Positions 25,834 to 34,039 of a DNA stretch of 41,235 nucleotides are shown piece by piece. Position numbers and translations under genes: made by a program. A model generated the notes under the pieces. That model made no database searches and was not told where the DNA came from. It saw nothing but the letters and a program-made list of their open reading frames with translations. The DNA comes from Minisyncoccota bacterium (GTDB lineage Bacteria > Patescibacteriota > Minisyncoccia > Phycocordibacterales > DSPV01): NCBI GenBank assembly GCA_036517235.1, contig DATDXL010000013.1, forward strand, positions 1-41,235. The letters are read 5' to 3'. Positions within the stretch are counted from its first letter, which is position 1. Each line of letters begins with the position of its first letter.

Positions 25834-25876
25834 AAGAAGTGAATACCTGTGCCTAAGGCGCAGGTATTCACTTCTT
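25834..25876. repeat. Very stable 19-bp hairpin/palindrome in a long noncoding spacer
   Basis: AAGAAGTGAATACCTGTGC-CTAAG-GCGCAGGTATTCACTTCTT (one G-U pair). No adjacent T-run on either strand. Confidence 0.8.
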
Positions 25877-25959
25877 ATCAACATATTTTCTTGAAACACA
25901 TACTGTATGCCTTACACTTCACTCTAAACACTCCCCTGTTCTTATCAAAAGGATTCATT

Positions 25960-26172
25960 GTGGAAGCTTTTCTTCTTCTTGTTGAAAAAGTATACTGCCG
26001 CAGAACCGCCGAGTTTGTCCGGCAAGGATGGGAAACTATTCCCGAAGTCGAAAGACTCGACGAAGACATGCGAGAGCGTATCAAGCTCCAACTCCTCAGA
26101 AGTGCCGTCTCTTTTCACCAAAGACGACGGCACATACACCGTCCCTCGCTAGCCCACCACAGCCATAGGTAA
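25960..26172 (+). CDS. Possible small protein (70 aa); strand ambiguous, since an antisense 64-aa ORF at 25945-26139 is about equally plausible
   Basis: GTG 6 nt after AAGGA, a helical charged segment (ETIPEVERLDEDMRERIKLQLLRS), and the terminator at 26187-26211 downstream. Confidence 0.25.
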   Translation: MEAFLLLVEKVYCRRTAEFVRQGWETIPEVERLDEDMRERIKLQLLRSAVSFHQRRRHIHRPSLAHHSHR

Positions 26173-26186
26173 AATCCTATTTGCCT

Positions 26187-26211
26187 CAAAATCGCGCACC
26201 GCGCGATTTTT
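26187..26211. terminator. Bidirectional terminator (rmuC on minus)
   Basis: AAAATCGCGC-ACC-GCGCGATTTTT. Confidence 0.65.
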
Positions 26212-26214
26212 CCT

Positions 26215-27267
26215 TTAGTCGTCTCCGGAGGGTTTTTCTAAGACTTTTGTCTCGTACTCAAAAGTTGTCCCGTCCGTAACTTTCTTCACGTCTTTCTGAA
26301 GCATACCAAATGCTTTCCCACTCGCGTTATAGTGGTTTATAGTCGTCGCAAGAGCATTACCGAGCTTTTCATGATATTCCCCGTAGCCTTGAAAGTGCTT
26401 TATCATCTTTTCTACTGCCACTCGTAATTCTTTTGCTTTTTCTTCTATCTCCATACCTTTGAGACCTTGAAGAACCGTCTGGAGATACGCGAGGAACGAC
26501 GTGGGAGAGACGATGATAACGTGATACTTCCCTGCTGCTCGCTGTATCAGGTTTTCATCGCCAGTTCCCACTCTACCAACCAAAAGATCATAATATATCG
26601 CTTCGTGCGGAATAAACATAAAGGCGAAATCAGTCGTCTTGTGCTCAGGTTGGATATATTTAGATGTTTCAATGATGCGGTTCTTTAAATCGTTCTCAAA
26701 TACCCTCTGTAGACGATCCCGTTCTATGGGGTCTTTGGATTCTGCCATACGGTTGTAATTCTCAAGCGAGAACTTGGAATCCACAGGAATAACTTTGTCT
26801 TTCACGAACACTGCCGCATCAACAATGACACCGTCAGGAAACGTATATTGCATCTTAAATGATTCAGGTGGAAGTACATTCTTAAGAAGAGTCTCTAGAT
26901 AGTACTCACCTAGAATGCCGCGCTGTTTCGGATTTTTGAGTATATCTTGGAGGTTCTGAAGCTGATCGGCAAAAGAGATAACCTGCTTATTGGTCTCATC
27001 GAGCTTAGTCAGTCCCTGCGTTACATCCTTGATGAGCTTCTGTGACTCGCCAAATTGGTGCCGAAGGGCACTGGAAACTTCTTTCGTAGTTTCCCCCATT
27101 TTTGCGTCTACCGTACGCGACAGCTCATTCATCTGCTCTAAGAGGAGTTTCAAGCCTATATCCTCCGCTTTTGGCGCACTGCGACGCGACAAAAAATAGA
27201 CCGCAAACACGTTAACCGCGACCAAAACGATAGCAACGATAATGACAGTGGTAACATCCATATTCAT
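26215..27267 (-). CDS. rmuC: DNA recombination protein RmuC
   Basis: N-terminal TM, a coiled coil, and the RmuC nuclease-like core (FAFMFIPHEAIYYDL, VIIVSPTSFLAYLQTV). Confidence 0.9.
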   Translation of the reverse strand: MNMDVTTVIIVAIVLVAVNVFAVYFLSRRSAPKAEDIGLKLLLEQMNELSRTVDAKMGETTKEVSSALRHQFGESQKLIKDVTQGLTKLDETNKQVISFADQLQNLQDILKNPKQRGILGEYYLETLLKNVLPPESFKMQYTFPDGVIVDAAVFVKDKVIPVDSKFSLENYNRMAESKDPIERDRLQRVFENDLKNRIIETSKYIQPEHKTTDFAFMFIPHEAIYYDLLVGRVGTGDENLIQRAAGKYHVIIVSPTSFLAYLQTVLQGLKGMEIEEKAKELRVAVEKMIKHFQGYGEYHEKLGNALATTINHYNASGKAFGMLQKDVKKVTDGTTFEYETKVLEKPSGDD

Positions 27268-27320
27268 AGTATACTATAACTCTGCAACGTTATTTTATTA
27301 TTGGTTATTTTCTATTTATC

Positions 27321-27773
27321 ATGTCTATCCACAAAGATATCCAAAGCCAGATAAAGGACGCGATGAAAGCGAAAGACACGCTTCGACTGACAGTTATACG
27401 CGGCCTCGTTGCTGCTTTTACCAACGAACTCGTGGCAAGAAGCCGAAAACCTGATGGCGAGCTCAACGATGATGAAGCGCTTGCGGTCATCAAACGCTCG
27501 GTCAAACAGCGCAAAGATTCTATCGAGCAATTCACAAAAGGTGGACGGGGCGACTTAGTCCAAAATGAAAAGAACGAGCTGGGCATACTCGAAAAATATC
27601 TCCCCGCGATGATGGGAAGTGAAGAGATACAAAAAATCGTCACTGCTAAAAAAACTGAGCTTGGTATTACCGACAAAAAAGATATTGGCAAGCTGATGTC
27701 TGCCGTTATGAAAGAAACGAAAGGAAAAGCCGATGGTGGCGAGGTAAAGGCGATAGTTGATTCTTCATTCTAG
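27321..27773 (+). CDS. yqeY: GatB/YqeY domain protein
   Basis: IQSQIKDAMKAKDTLRLTVIRGLVAAFTNE ... LEKYLP ... GKLMSAVMKETKGKADG, the typical YqeY sequence. Confidence 0.85.
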   Translation: MSIHKDIQSQIKDAMKAKDTLRLTVIRGLVAAFTNELVARSRKPDGELNDDEALAVIKRSVKQRKDSIEQFTKGGRGDLVQNEKNELGILEKYLPAMMGSEEIQKIVTAKKTELGITDKKDIGKLMSAVMKETKGKADGGEVKAIVDSSF

Positions 27774-27782
27774 ATAGTTTTT

Positions 27783-27810
27783 AGGCAGGTCTCCCGAAGG
27801 AGGCCTGCCT
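27783..27810. terminator. Hairpin between the convergent yqeY and 27822-28013 genes
   Basis: AGGCAGGTCTCC-CGAA-GGAGGCCTGCCT, with one mismatch. Confidence 0.55.
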
Positions 27811-27821
27811 GTACGTTGGTC

Positions 27822-28013
27822 CTAGCCGATACAAAACTCGATATCGTCTGTGGGAAATGGGAGGGCTCGAGCGAGCTGGTCTGATAATAAGAGACGGTGC
27901 TGTGCACGCTTCAGCAACTCGTCGTTCCCCTCCCCCTCACTGCCGTGGGAATTCTCAACAAGCAATTTCTGTGTATCTTCGGCTAGATCCGCTATAGATT
28001 CAAGAAGAACCAT
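27822..28013 (-). CDS. Small acidic hypothetical protein (63 aa from ATG 28013; the ORF opens at TTG 28031)
   Basis: Minus strand reads TTGACG-18 nt-TATAGC-9 nt-ATG, with a hairpin downstream. No family was recognised. Confidence 0.4.
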   Translation of the reverse strand: MVLLESIADLAEDTQKLLVENSHGSEGEGNDELLKRAQHRLLLSDQLARALPFPTDDIEFCIG

Positions 28014-28113
28014 ACTGTCTTTGCTATACAACAGTCAAAAGCCTCTCGTCAATGATTTTCTGTTTTTAAGCTGTATATAAGGTGTAGATAGGTATGTATA
28101 ACCTCGTAATTCA

Positions 28114-28149
28114 GAAAAAAGTGGCGGGTTTCCTTGGAGGAAACCCGCC
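28114..28149 (-). terminator. Rho-independent terminator of the 28163-28396 ORF
   Basis: GGCGGGTTTCC-TTGGA-GGAAACCCGCC, with TTTTTT following on the minus strand. Confidence 0.7.
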
Positions 28150-28162
28150 TGAACTGATCTGC

Positions 28163-28396
28163 TCAACCGACAAAAGATGTGGGAACATCTGCCGCGTAAG
28201 GCGGCCTTATCACCAAAGTAGCTTGCGAAGGCAATTGGATTCTTCCCTTCTGGGCACTGTTTCTGGCCATGTAAGCAGAGTAGCTTGTGGCTTTCGGTTC
28301 TGACACTTCTTCTGTCGTCGGCGCTTGCGCCGCGGGCGTTGCAGGGAATTTCTTATCATTCATCAGTCTTTGGTCTTTCTGTGGTTTAGTGTTCAA
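28163..28396 (-). CDS. Small low-complexity hypothetical protein (77 aa from TTG, or 66 aa from ATG 28363)
   Basis: The ORF is followed 13 nt later by a strong minus-strand terminator. Pro/Ala/Thr-rich and probably disordered. Confidence 0.45.
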   Translation of the reverse strand: MNTKPQKDQRLMNDKKFPATPAAQAPTTEEVSEPKATSYSAYMARNSAQKGRIQLPSQATLVIRPPYAADVPTSFVG

Positions 28397-28554
28397 ACAG
28401 ATAGTTAGGTCTTAGATGTTACAGGAACTCTAAACATCTGTCAAGATTTTGGTTTTTCCTACAAAAAACTACTACACCTAACTGAATACTTTATGAATCA
28501 TGAACAAAATCAGCAAATGCATCAAAACACCTGCTCCTTGTAAAGCGCGAGAGG

Positions 28555-28582
28555 TTGACTGACGTGCGCATTATGATATAAT
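28555..28582 (+). promoter_or_regulatory. Consensus promoter of the 28593-28784 ORF (leaderless-type spacing)
   Basis: TTGACT-16 nt-TATAAT (with a TG extension)-10 nt-ATG. Confidence 0.5.
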
Positions 28583-28592
28583 TAGAGTTGAT

Positions 28593-28784
28593 ATGAATGT
28601 TGCCCTTCTTTCGATTCGCGAATGGGAAGCTCTCATGCTCTCCCAGCACCTAACTCGGCGCTTCAAGAGTGCCTCACCTAGCGAGCGCCGGGAAATCCTC
28701 TCCGAGTGGAGAGTCTTGCACGGGAGTGACCCGAGCAATCCAAAAGTACATCAGGTGCCCTCCGAGAGGTTCCGCGTGAACTAA
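28593..28784 (+). CDS. Small hypothetical protein (63 aa)
   Basis: A consensus promoter lies immediately upstream and a strong terminator 13 nt downstream. No family was recognised. Confidence 0.5.
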   Translation: MNVALLSIREWEALMLSQHLTRRFKSASPSERREILSEWRVLHGSDPSNPKVHQVPSERFRVN

Positions 28785-28796
28785 CATGGAACGAGC

Positions 28797-28836
28797 CAAA
28801 AAAAAGCCGACGGAAACGCCGGCTCTTTTCTTTTTC
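28797..28836. terminator. Bidirectional rho-independent terminator
   Basis: AAAAAAAAGCCGACGGAAACGCCGGCTCTTTTCTTTTT: a GAAA-loop hairpin flanked by an A-run and a T-run. Confidence 0.75.
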
Positions 28837-28994
28837 ATTCAACATAATAGTTGCAATTTTTCTCCGCAAGACTTATGATTCTTTCTGGGTTAGATCAACG
28901 GTGGTATTGGAATACCACTACTCAGTTCCCAAACAACAACTAGTAAAGCACAACTATGTTCAGCACCGCTACGGCCAACAGGCCGATCATAAGG

Positions 28995-29141
28995 TCAGCA
29001 ATACCTACCCTCAAATCTCACGCCGGCAACGGCAGACTCTGGGGTCACCCTTCGGAACCAAGACAAGATGAAACTCAAACCAAAAATCACCAATCCAAAC
29101 GTCGAGGGAAAAACCACCGACCTGTCAAGACACCACCGCAT
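28995..29141 (-). CDS. Possible 48-aa hydrophobic peptide downstream of mpg (alternative: part of a noncoding RNA or 3' UTR)
   Basis: ATG 7 nt after GGAG. Sequence MRWCLDRSVVFPSTFGLVIFGLSFILSWFRRVTPESAVAGVRFEGRYC has one TM. It is the tail of the 111-aa track ORF that otherwise overlaps mpg. Confidence 0.25.
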   Translation of the reverse strand: MRWCLDRSVVFPSTFGLVIFGLSFILSWFRRVTPESAVAGVRFEGRYC

Positions 29142-29194
29142 CGGATAGCTCCGGCTCACCTCCGCTGACCTTTGCTGAAGCAAGCCCTGACGCC

Positions 29195-29737
29195 TCAAGC
29201 GCCAGGGTTTTTGATTTTTAACACAAAGCGATACAGTTTCTTTGACCACACAGGGCCAGCATACGAAACACCTATACGTGCAGTTCGCTTTATATCTCTT
29301 TTGGAAACCTTTTTTCCTTTCTCGAACCAAAGCCCTCTTCCTTTTTTCGCTTCTTTTCCAGAAAAGACACCTTCAATGCTAAGAGCTCTTGTGAGACGTG
29401 CCGGACCTCCGATGCCTTCTACCCCCCGAATAAGCACAGCGGCTGGGTACCCGACTCTCCCAGTTACCACATTGAGCATCCAGTGCATACCATAGACAAA
29501 GTAGACGTAAAACACGCCAGGAGAGCCGAACATCACGGCATTGCGTTTTGTTTTACCATGAGAGGCATGAGAAGCTTTATCTTTATAACCCTCGTATGCT
29601 TCAGTCTCGATTATCATAAAACGCAACACTTTCTTTCCTCTCTGGCGGACAAGGACGCAACCGATCAAATCTCTCGCGACTAAAACAGCACTGCGGTTAA
29701 AAAATGAAGTGGTTAGTATACGGCTTGATATATCCAT
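29195..29737 (-). CDS. mpg: DNA-3-methyladenine glycosylase (Mpg/AAG family)
   Basis: ARDLIGCVLV, IIETEAYEG and GSPGVFYVYFVYGMHWMLNVV are canonical Mpg blocks. Confidence 0.9.
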   Translation of the reverse strand: MDISSRILTTSFFNRSAVLVARDLIGCVLVRQRGKKVLRFMIIETEAYEGYKDKASHASHGKTKRNAVMFGSPGVFYVYFVYGMHWMLNVVTGRVGYPAAVLIRGVEGIGGPARLTRALSIEGVFSGKEAKKGRGLWFEKGKKVSKRDIKRTARIGVSYAGPVWSKKLYRFVLKIKNPGA

Positions 29738-29788
29738 ACGCTTTTCTTATCCTTTCGATATATCGAAAGGATAAAGATTTCGATGAAT

Positions 29789-30595
29789 TCAATCTCCAGA
29801 GGCAATACGGAGAGCACCGCGTAAACCACTCTCATCGCCAAACTTGGCTTTCACAACCTGGGGAGGCTTTCGAGAAGTGGAACTAAGCAAGGAAAGCTGC
29901 TTGATAACCGAATCAAGATGTATGCCTTTCGGCTTGAGCACCATGGAACCTCCAACAACGACGATATCTGGTGACCAGTAACCTATGGTATTGTGAATCC
30001 CCACAGCGAATTCGCGAGCCGCCTCCTCCCAATCTTCCTTAGATGCTTTCTCTTTAAAATCAGAACCGAAATGCTTTATAAACCCTGAGCCAGCAACCCT
30101 CTGCTCCAAGGTCTCGCCCGTAGCAGAATTGATGATCTGCTGTCCCGGCTCGAATCCCTGTCTGTTCTCGTCCACCTTACCCTCGACGATACGAGCACCA
30201 CCCACTCCCGTACCAACGGTCAAATACGCGACTATGGTGTGTCCTTTTCCCGCGCCTTCGGTGGCTTCGGCGATCGCTGCCGCGGTTGCATCGTTAACAA
30301 GCTCAACGGGAACACCCGTCTGCTCTTCAAAGAATCTTCGCAAAGGCTTCCCTACCCAATCAGAGAGGTTGGGAGAGAAGATGAGCGACGAACCGTAGGA
30401 ATCGAATTCTCCCGCTATCGCGACACAGACATGTTCCGGTTTTCCCTGTTTATCGCAAATGTCACTAAGCACTTTCTTCGCTTCTTCCCAATCCTTTGGA
30501 GTATCTACTACGACAGGTGCTCTATCGAATGTTTTACCATCCTTTGAAACTGCAGAACGTATATGTGTACCACCGATGTCGAAAACAAGATACAT
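29789..30595 (-). CDS. ROK-family sugar kinase (glucokinase-like)
   Basis: N-terminal ATP motif LVFDIGGTHIRSAV and later G-rich motifs (LTVGTGVGGA). It abuts the stop of the PGI/PMI gene. Confidence 0.85.
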   Translation of the reverse strand: MYLVFDIGGTHIRSAVSKDGKTFDRAPVVVDTPKDWEEAKKVLSDICDKQGKPEHVCVAIAGEFDSYGSSLIFSPNLSDWVGKPLRRFFEEQTGVPVELVNDATAAAIAEATEGAGKGHTIVAYLTVGTGVGGARIVEGKVDENRQGFEPGQQIINSATGETLEQRVAGSGFIKHFGSDFKEKASKEDWEEAAREFAVGIHNTIGYWSPDIVVVGGSMVLKPKGIHLDSVIKQLSLLSSTSRKPPQVVKAKFGDESGLRGALRIASGD

Positions 30596-31618
30596 TTAAC
30601 GTGAAATCATCTTTTTGAATTCTTCAACCGTAGGATTATTGTCGGGATCCATCCCGTAGGAGAGCGCCAAGTGGTATGCCGTCCAATCCGCAATTACCAA
30701 CGAGCGTAGCGCACACTCTATCGGTGTTTCTCCTGAAAGCAAGGTCTCGCACGATGGCACACCGAACCCAGAAAGCATCTCTTTTGTCACAGACATCCTA
30801 TCAAGTATCCGACGTTGATCTCTCTCATCCTTGATAAATAAGACCTTAAACGGCCCTTTGGGCCCTTTTTCGTTTTTTGTGAACCCGGCAAGCTCGTTGT
30901 GGTTGAGCTCCGAAAAGACGTTCACGAACACAGGAGTCTTGGCGGTTTCATTTATCTTTATTTTCCAGTTGTACGCAACCGGCCCATTTTGCACAGAAGA
31001 ATATACAAGGGGGATAAAACCCGAAAGCTCCCTTCCGATGCGCTTCCCCTCATCTTCCTCGTTTGCAGGGACAAGCATGGAAGAAACTCGTTCTAGCTCC
31101 TGTAGAAGATCAGTACGGGAGACAAGCCCTGCAAGGGCGACAAGGCTAAGACCTACGGCAACGCGCGGCATGATGACAGTGTCGGGAATCCTTATATACG
31201 GCAACCTCTCTTCCTCGGCCATTTTCAAAAGCTTCCCACCGGAGGCAATCACAGCGGGACGAAGCCCGATGCGCAAGACATGCTCGGCAAAATCGATCGT
31301 TTCCTCCGTGTTACCCGAATACGAACTGGCGATAAGCAAGCTCTCGGCCAATGTTTCCTGCGAGAGAGACGGTAAACCATAATCTCGGTGGGCAACTACA
31401 TCAGCGAATGGATCAAATATCTTTAATAGGCTTGCGGCAAGGCTAGAACCTCCCATGCCTGCGAATACGATCTTCTTTCCTGCCTGCGCCGCAGACAGCG
31501 TCGCCTGCCCACGCTCCTGCAGGCGGGCGGCAGGCAGGCCATGCGCGTCAGCCGGACCGTTTTTAATTTCGGGCTTGAATGAGAGTTGTGTTGCAAATTG
31601 TAGGATTGAATCGTGCAT
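30596..31618 (-). CDS. Bifunctional phosphoglucose/phosphomannose isomerase (SIS domain, archaeal-type)
   Basis: SIS motif FAGMGGSSLAASL, a second SIS-like half, and a C-terminal PGI/PMI tail (GMDPDNNPTVEEFK). Confidence 0.85.
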   Translation of the reverse strand: MHDSILQFATQLSFKPEIKNGPADAHGLPAARLQERGQATLSAAQAGKKIVFAGMGGSSLAASLLKIFDPFADVVAHRDYGLPSLSQETLAESLLIASSYSGNTEETIDFAEHVLRIGLRPAVIASGGKLLKMAEEERLPYIRIPDTVIMPRVAVGLSLVALAGLVSRTDLLQELERVSSMLVPANEEDEGKRIGRELSGFIPLVYSSVQNGPVAYNWKIKINETAKTPVFVNVFSELNHNELAGFTKNEKGPKGPFKVLFIKDERDQRRILDRMSVTKEMLSGFGVPSCETLLSGETPIECALRSLVIADWTAYHLALSYGMDPDNNPTVEEFKKMISR

Positions 31619-31629
31619 GAGGAAAGGGG

Positions 31630-31950
31630 TTAGGATGTAGGGTTTAGGGTAGAGCTTTTACGATTCTTGATTTTGCCGTAGAGCCAGCCAATGACAACGC
31701 CGATAAGAAAATAATAAATACCAACTACAAAGAAAACTACAACTGTTCCATAACCAATAAGGACGAAACTCAACACAGGTAGTGGCGGTAAGAGAGACGG
31801 TAAAACTGCTGTTCTATGACAATCGATGCTTAAAGCCGGTGTGCAATAAGTCTTGTCAATATAAGACACACCTACCCATAACCAAACTACGGACACCAAA
31901 GCTACTATTACTCCACCCACTAACCAATATTGCCATCTGCTCCATTTCAT
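31630..31950 (-). CDS. Small polytopic membrane protein, paralog B of a repeated family (106 aa)
   Basis: MKWSRWQYW... and ...GWLYGKIK termini are shared with the 35936-36226 ORF. It has 3 hydrophobic segments, and its leader is near-identical to that of paralog A. Confidence 0.65.
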   Translation of the reverse strand: MKWSRWQYWLVGGVIVALVSVVWLWVGVSYIDKTYCTPALSIDCHRTAVLPSLLPPLPVLSFVLIGYGTVVVFFVVGIYYFLIGVVIGWLYGKIKNRKSSTLNPTS

Positions 31951-31992
31951 AATCTTTTTTTACTATACCCTACACCCTATCCCCTACCCTCT
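31951..31992 (-). repeat. Conserved G-tract leader upstream of paralog B (canonical G4 motif on the sense strand)
   Basis: Minus strand reads GGGTAGGGGATAGGGTGTAGGGTATAGTAAAAAAAGATT-ATG. About 45 nt are near-identical to 36227-36270. Confidence 0.8.
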
Positions 31993-33978
31993 CTACTTCA
32001 CCGGATTGCACACATTGCAAATCCCCAACCTCTCCAGTGTATCAAGATAGAGAAGCACCAGCAAAACATATCCCGAGTGGCTCCACGCAAGCGGCGTCGC
32101 GGATACATGCTCCCCGGTATGAGGATTGAGCTGCTCCGGCAAGACGCCTGAAGAATGGGCATGCTGTACCGCCCACGAGAGCCAGTACTTGACTGTCTCG
32201 AGCTCTTTCTCGCTCTGTGCTTTCATCGCATAGTACTCGGCGAACCAGAATGTCGTGATAAACCATGGATTGCCCGGAAGCTTCCTATCAACGGTATAGT
32301 ATATGTCCTTCTCATAACGAACGATGCCAGGCACTTGCGCTCGGACCATAAGGCGCTTCTCCGTTTCGGCAACCGCACGCTCTACTCGCGTATCATCGCT
32401 CGGGAGGACACCGAACGCATATATGCCGTAAACGCTCGAGATATCAACAGTCGCATCTGCTACGTAACCTCCTTTGTCGTCTCGCTGTATCATCTTATAG
32501 AACGTCCCTGTCTTTTCATCAAAAAGATGCTTGAGTATGCCATCTTTCACTTCGCGAGCCGCAAGCGCGAACAGATGCTCGCTATTCTTCTTTCCTAAAA
32601 TCCCCGCGAACTGCGATGCCGCGATAAGTCCGCCGTAGACAGTGGCAGCCGTATACGTATGTACCCCGAACTTTTCTTCCCACAAGTCATAGCTCGGTTT
32701 CGGAAGCCCTGTATCGCGATCTCTGAACTCCATGAGAAAGTTCGCTGCTTTCCGTATGAGGGAATTGTAGATCTGCTCTATGAACTCAAGATCGCGACTG
32801 AGCTCGTAGTGTTTCCACAGCGCGATAAGGACAATAGCGGTCTCATCTTCTTGAATAGGGAGCGCGTACGCTCCGTTTGAGAGCCAGGGGTGCCACGAGC
32901 TTCCGAGGGACTTATCAGGACGATATTTGTGCATGAAGTAGCCATCCTCGGTTATCACCTCATTGCAGAATTCAAAGAAACGCTTCGCCACGTTGGGATC
33001 GCCTGCCCTATCCAGGGCCATCGCCGCATATGCGGCATCTCTTGGCCACATGTAGCCGTAGGTGTCCTTCCCCGCCTGGATGATGTCACTATCCCCAGAT
33101 GCCAATATTGAACCACCCTGATCCGCATGCGCACGGATGAAAAAGAGCGATTTCTTGAACAGTGCGATAACGTCATCGGAAAGTCCGTAAAAACTGAAGT
33201 TATACTTATTTACCCACGCTTTCCAGTAATCACCTGCCGTATGCATCAGGTAGTCGGGTGACCGATCAAGCACGTACTGGTTCAGCATAAGCGCGTCTTT
33301 GATAGTTTCAGCGATGCACATCCAGTAAAAGACCGCCTGCTCGCCCCGAGGCGCGAGCGGAAGCGTGATAGCGACTACAGAGTCGGTCGGGCCATGTTCG
33401 ATCGGATTTTTGCTGAGAACACCGTCTTCCGCATCCTTATAGGTTCCTTCTTTCCCTCCGGAACCGAAGTAGCCAGTCGAGAAATCATCGAAGGCTCCGT
33501 TCGTAGAGGCAAGATTTATCAAAAACACCCTCCTTCCCTTGTAGTGGATGATGGTGTGCGACTTCGGGTCAAAATAGGCGGTGTCCCCCCGAAATGACTC
33601 ATAGATCTGAAATTCCTGGCAAAAAAACAGTTTAACGGTCCTCTCCTCTCGTTTGTGGTTCTGTACACGCACCTTGCGGATGAGGATATTCTTCTCGTTG
33701 TACACGATATCGTTAAAGATAAGCGTCAATCCCAGATCCGCATGCTCCGCAGTGATGATTCCCGACAACGTATCGGGACCGCACTCGATACGAATGCGCC
33801 ATGCGGGATCGGCGAGCCAATGCATCCGACCATCAGCGAACACGCCAAGACGGTGTAGCAGGTGCCCCGCCACATGGTTCTCAAGCCCCACGAACGGAAA
33901 ATAGAGGTCGCGCACCTGACCTCGCGAATCAAAGCCCACAAATATATTCCCGTTCCCCAGTACGATTGATTTGGCCAT
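31993..33978 (-). CDS. Glycoside hydrolase family 15 (glucoamylase/glucodextranase-like)
   Basis: An N-terminal beta-sandwich domain plus an (alpha/alpha)6 catalytic domain with YGYMWPRDAAY and the PEQ...tail motifs. Confidence 0.9.
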   Translation of the reverse strand: MAKSIVLGNGNIFVGFDSRGQVRDLYFPFVGLENHVAGHLLHRLGVFADGRMHWLADPAWRIRIECGPDTLSGIITAEHADLGLTLIFNDIVYNEKNILIRKVRVQNHKREERTVKLFFCQEFQIYESFRGDTAYFDPKSHTIIHYKGRRVFLINLASTNGAFDDFSTGYFGSGGKEGTYKDAEDGVLSKNPIEHGPTDSVVAITLPLAPRGEQAVFYWMCIAETIKDALMLNQYVLDRSPDYLMHTAGDYWKAWVNKYNFSFYGLSDDVIALFKKSLFFIRAHADQGGSILASGDSDIIQAGKDTYGYMWPRDAAYAAMALDRAGDPNVAKRFFEFCNEVITEDGYFMHKYRPDKSLGSSWHPWLSNGAYALPIQEDETAIVLIALWKHYELSRDLEFIEQIYNSLIRKAANFLMEFRDRDTGLPKPSYDLWEEKFGVHTYTAATVYGGLIAASQFAGILGKKNSEHLFALAAREVKDGILKHLFDEKTGTFYKMIQRDDKGGYVADATVDISSVYGIYAFGVLPSDDTRVERAVAETEKRLMVRAQVPGIVRYEKDIYYTVDRKLPGNPWFITTFWFAEYYAMKAQSEKELETVKYWLSWAVQHAHSSGVLPEQLNPHTGEHVSATPLAWSHSGYVLLVLLYLDTLERLGICNVCNPVK

Positions 33979-34039
33979 GTCAAAAATTTAAAATAGAAAT
34001 CTCAAAATGAAAAAGATAATGGAAAATTGCACTGATTTT

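Noticed and set aside
28870-29190. Calling the mpg-downstream tract RNase P RNA or tmRNA on the basis of its ~350-nt size and G/U richness.
   Set aside because: On either strand I found no GAGGAAAGUCC / ACAGAAxxCGGCUUA-type RNase P blocks. I also found no tRNA-like GGUUCGAxUCC...CCA end or tag-reading-frame layout of tmRNA.
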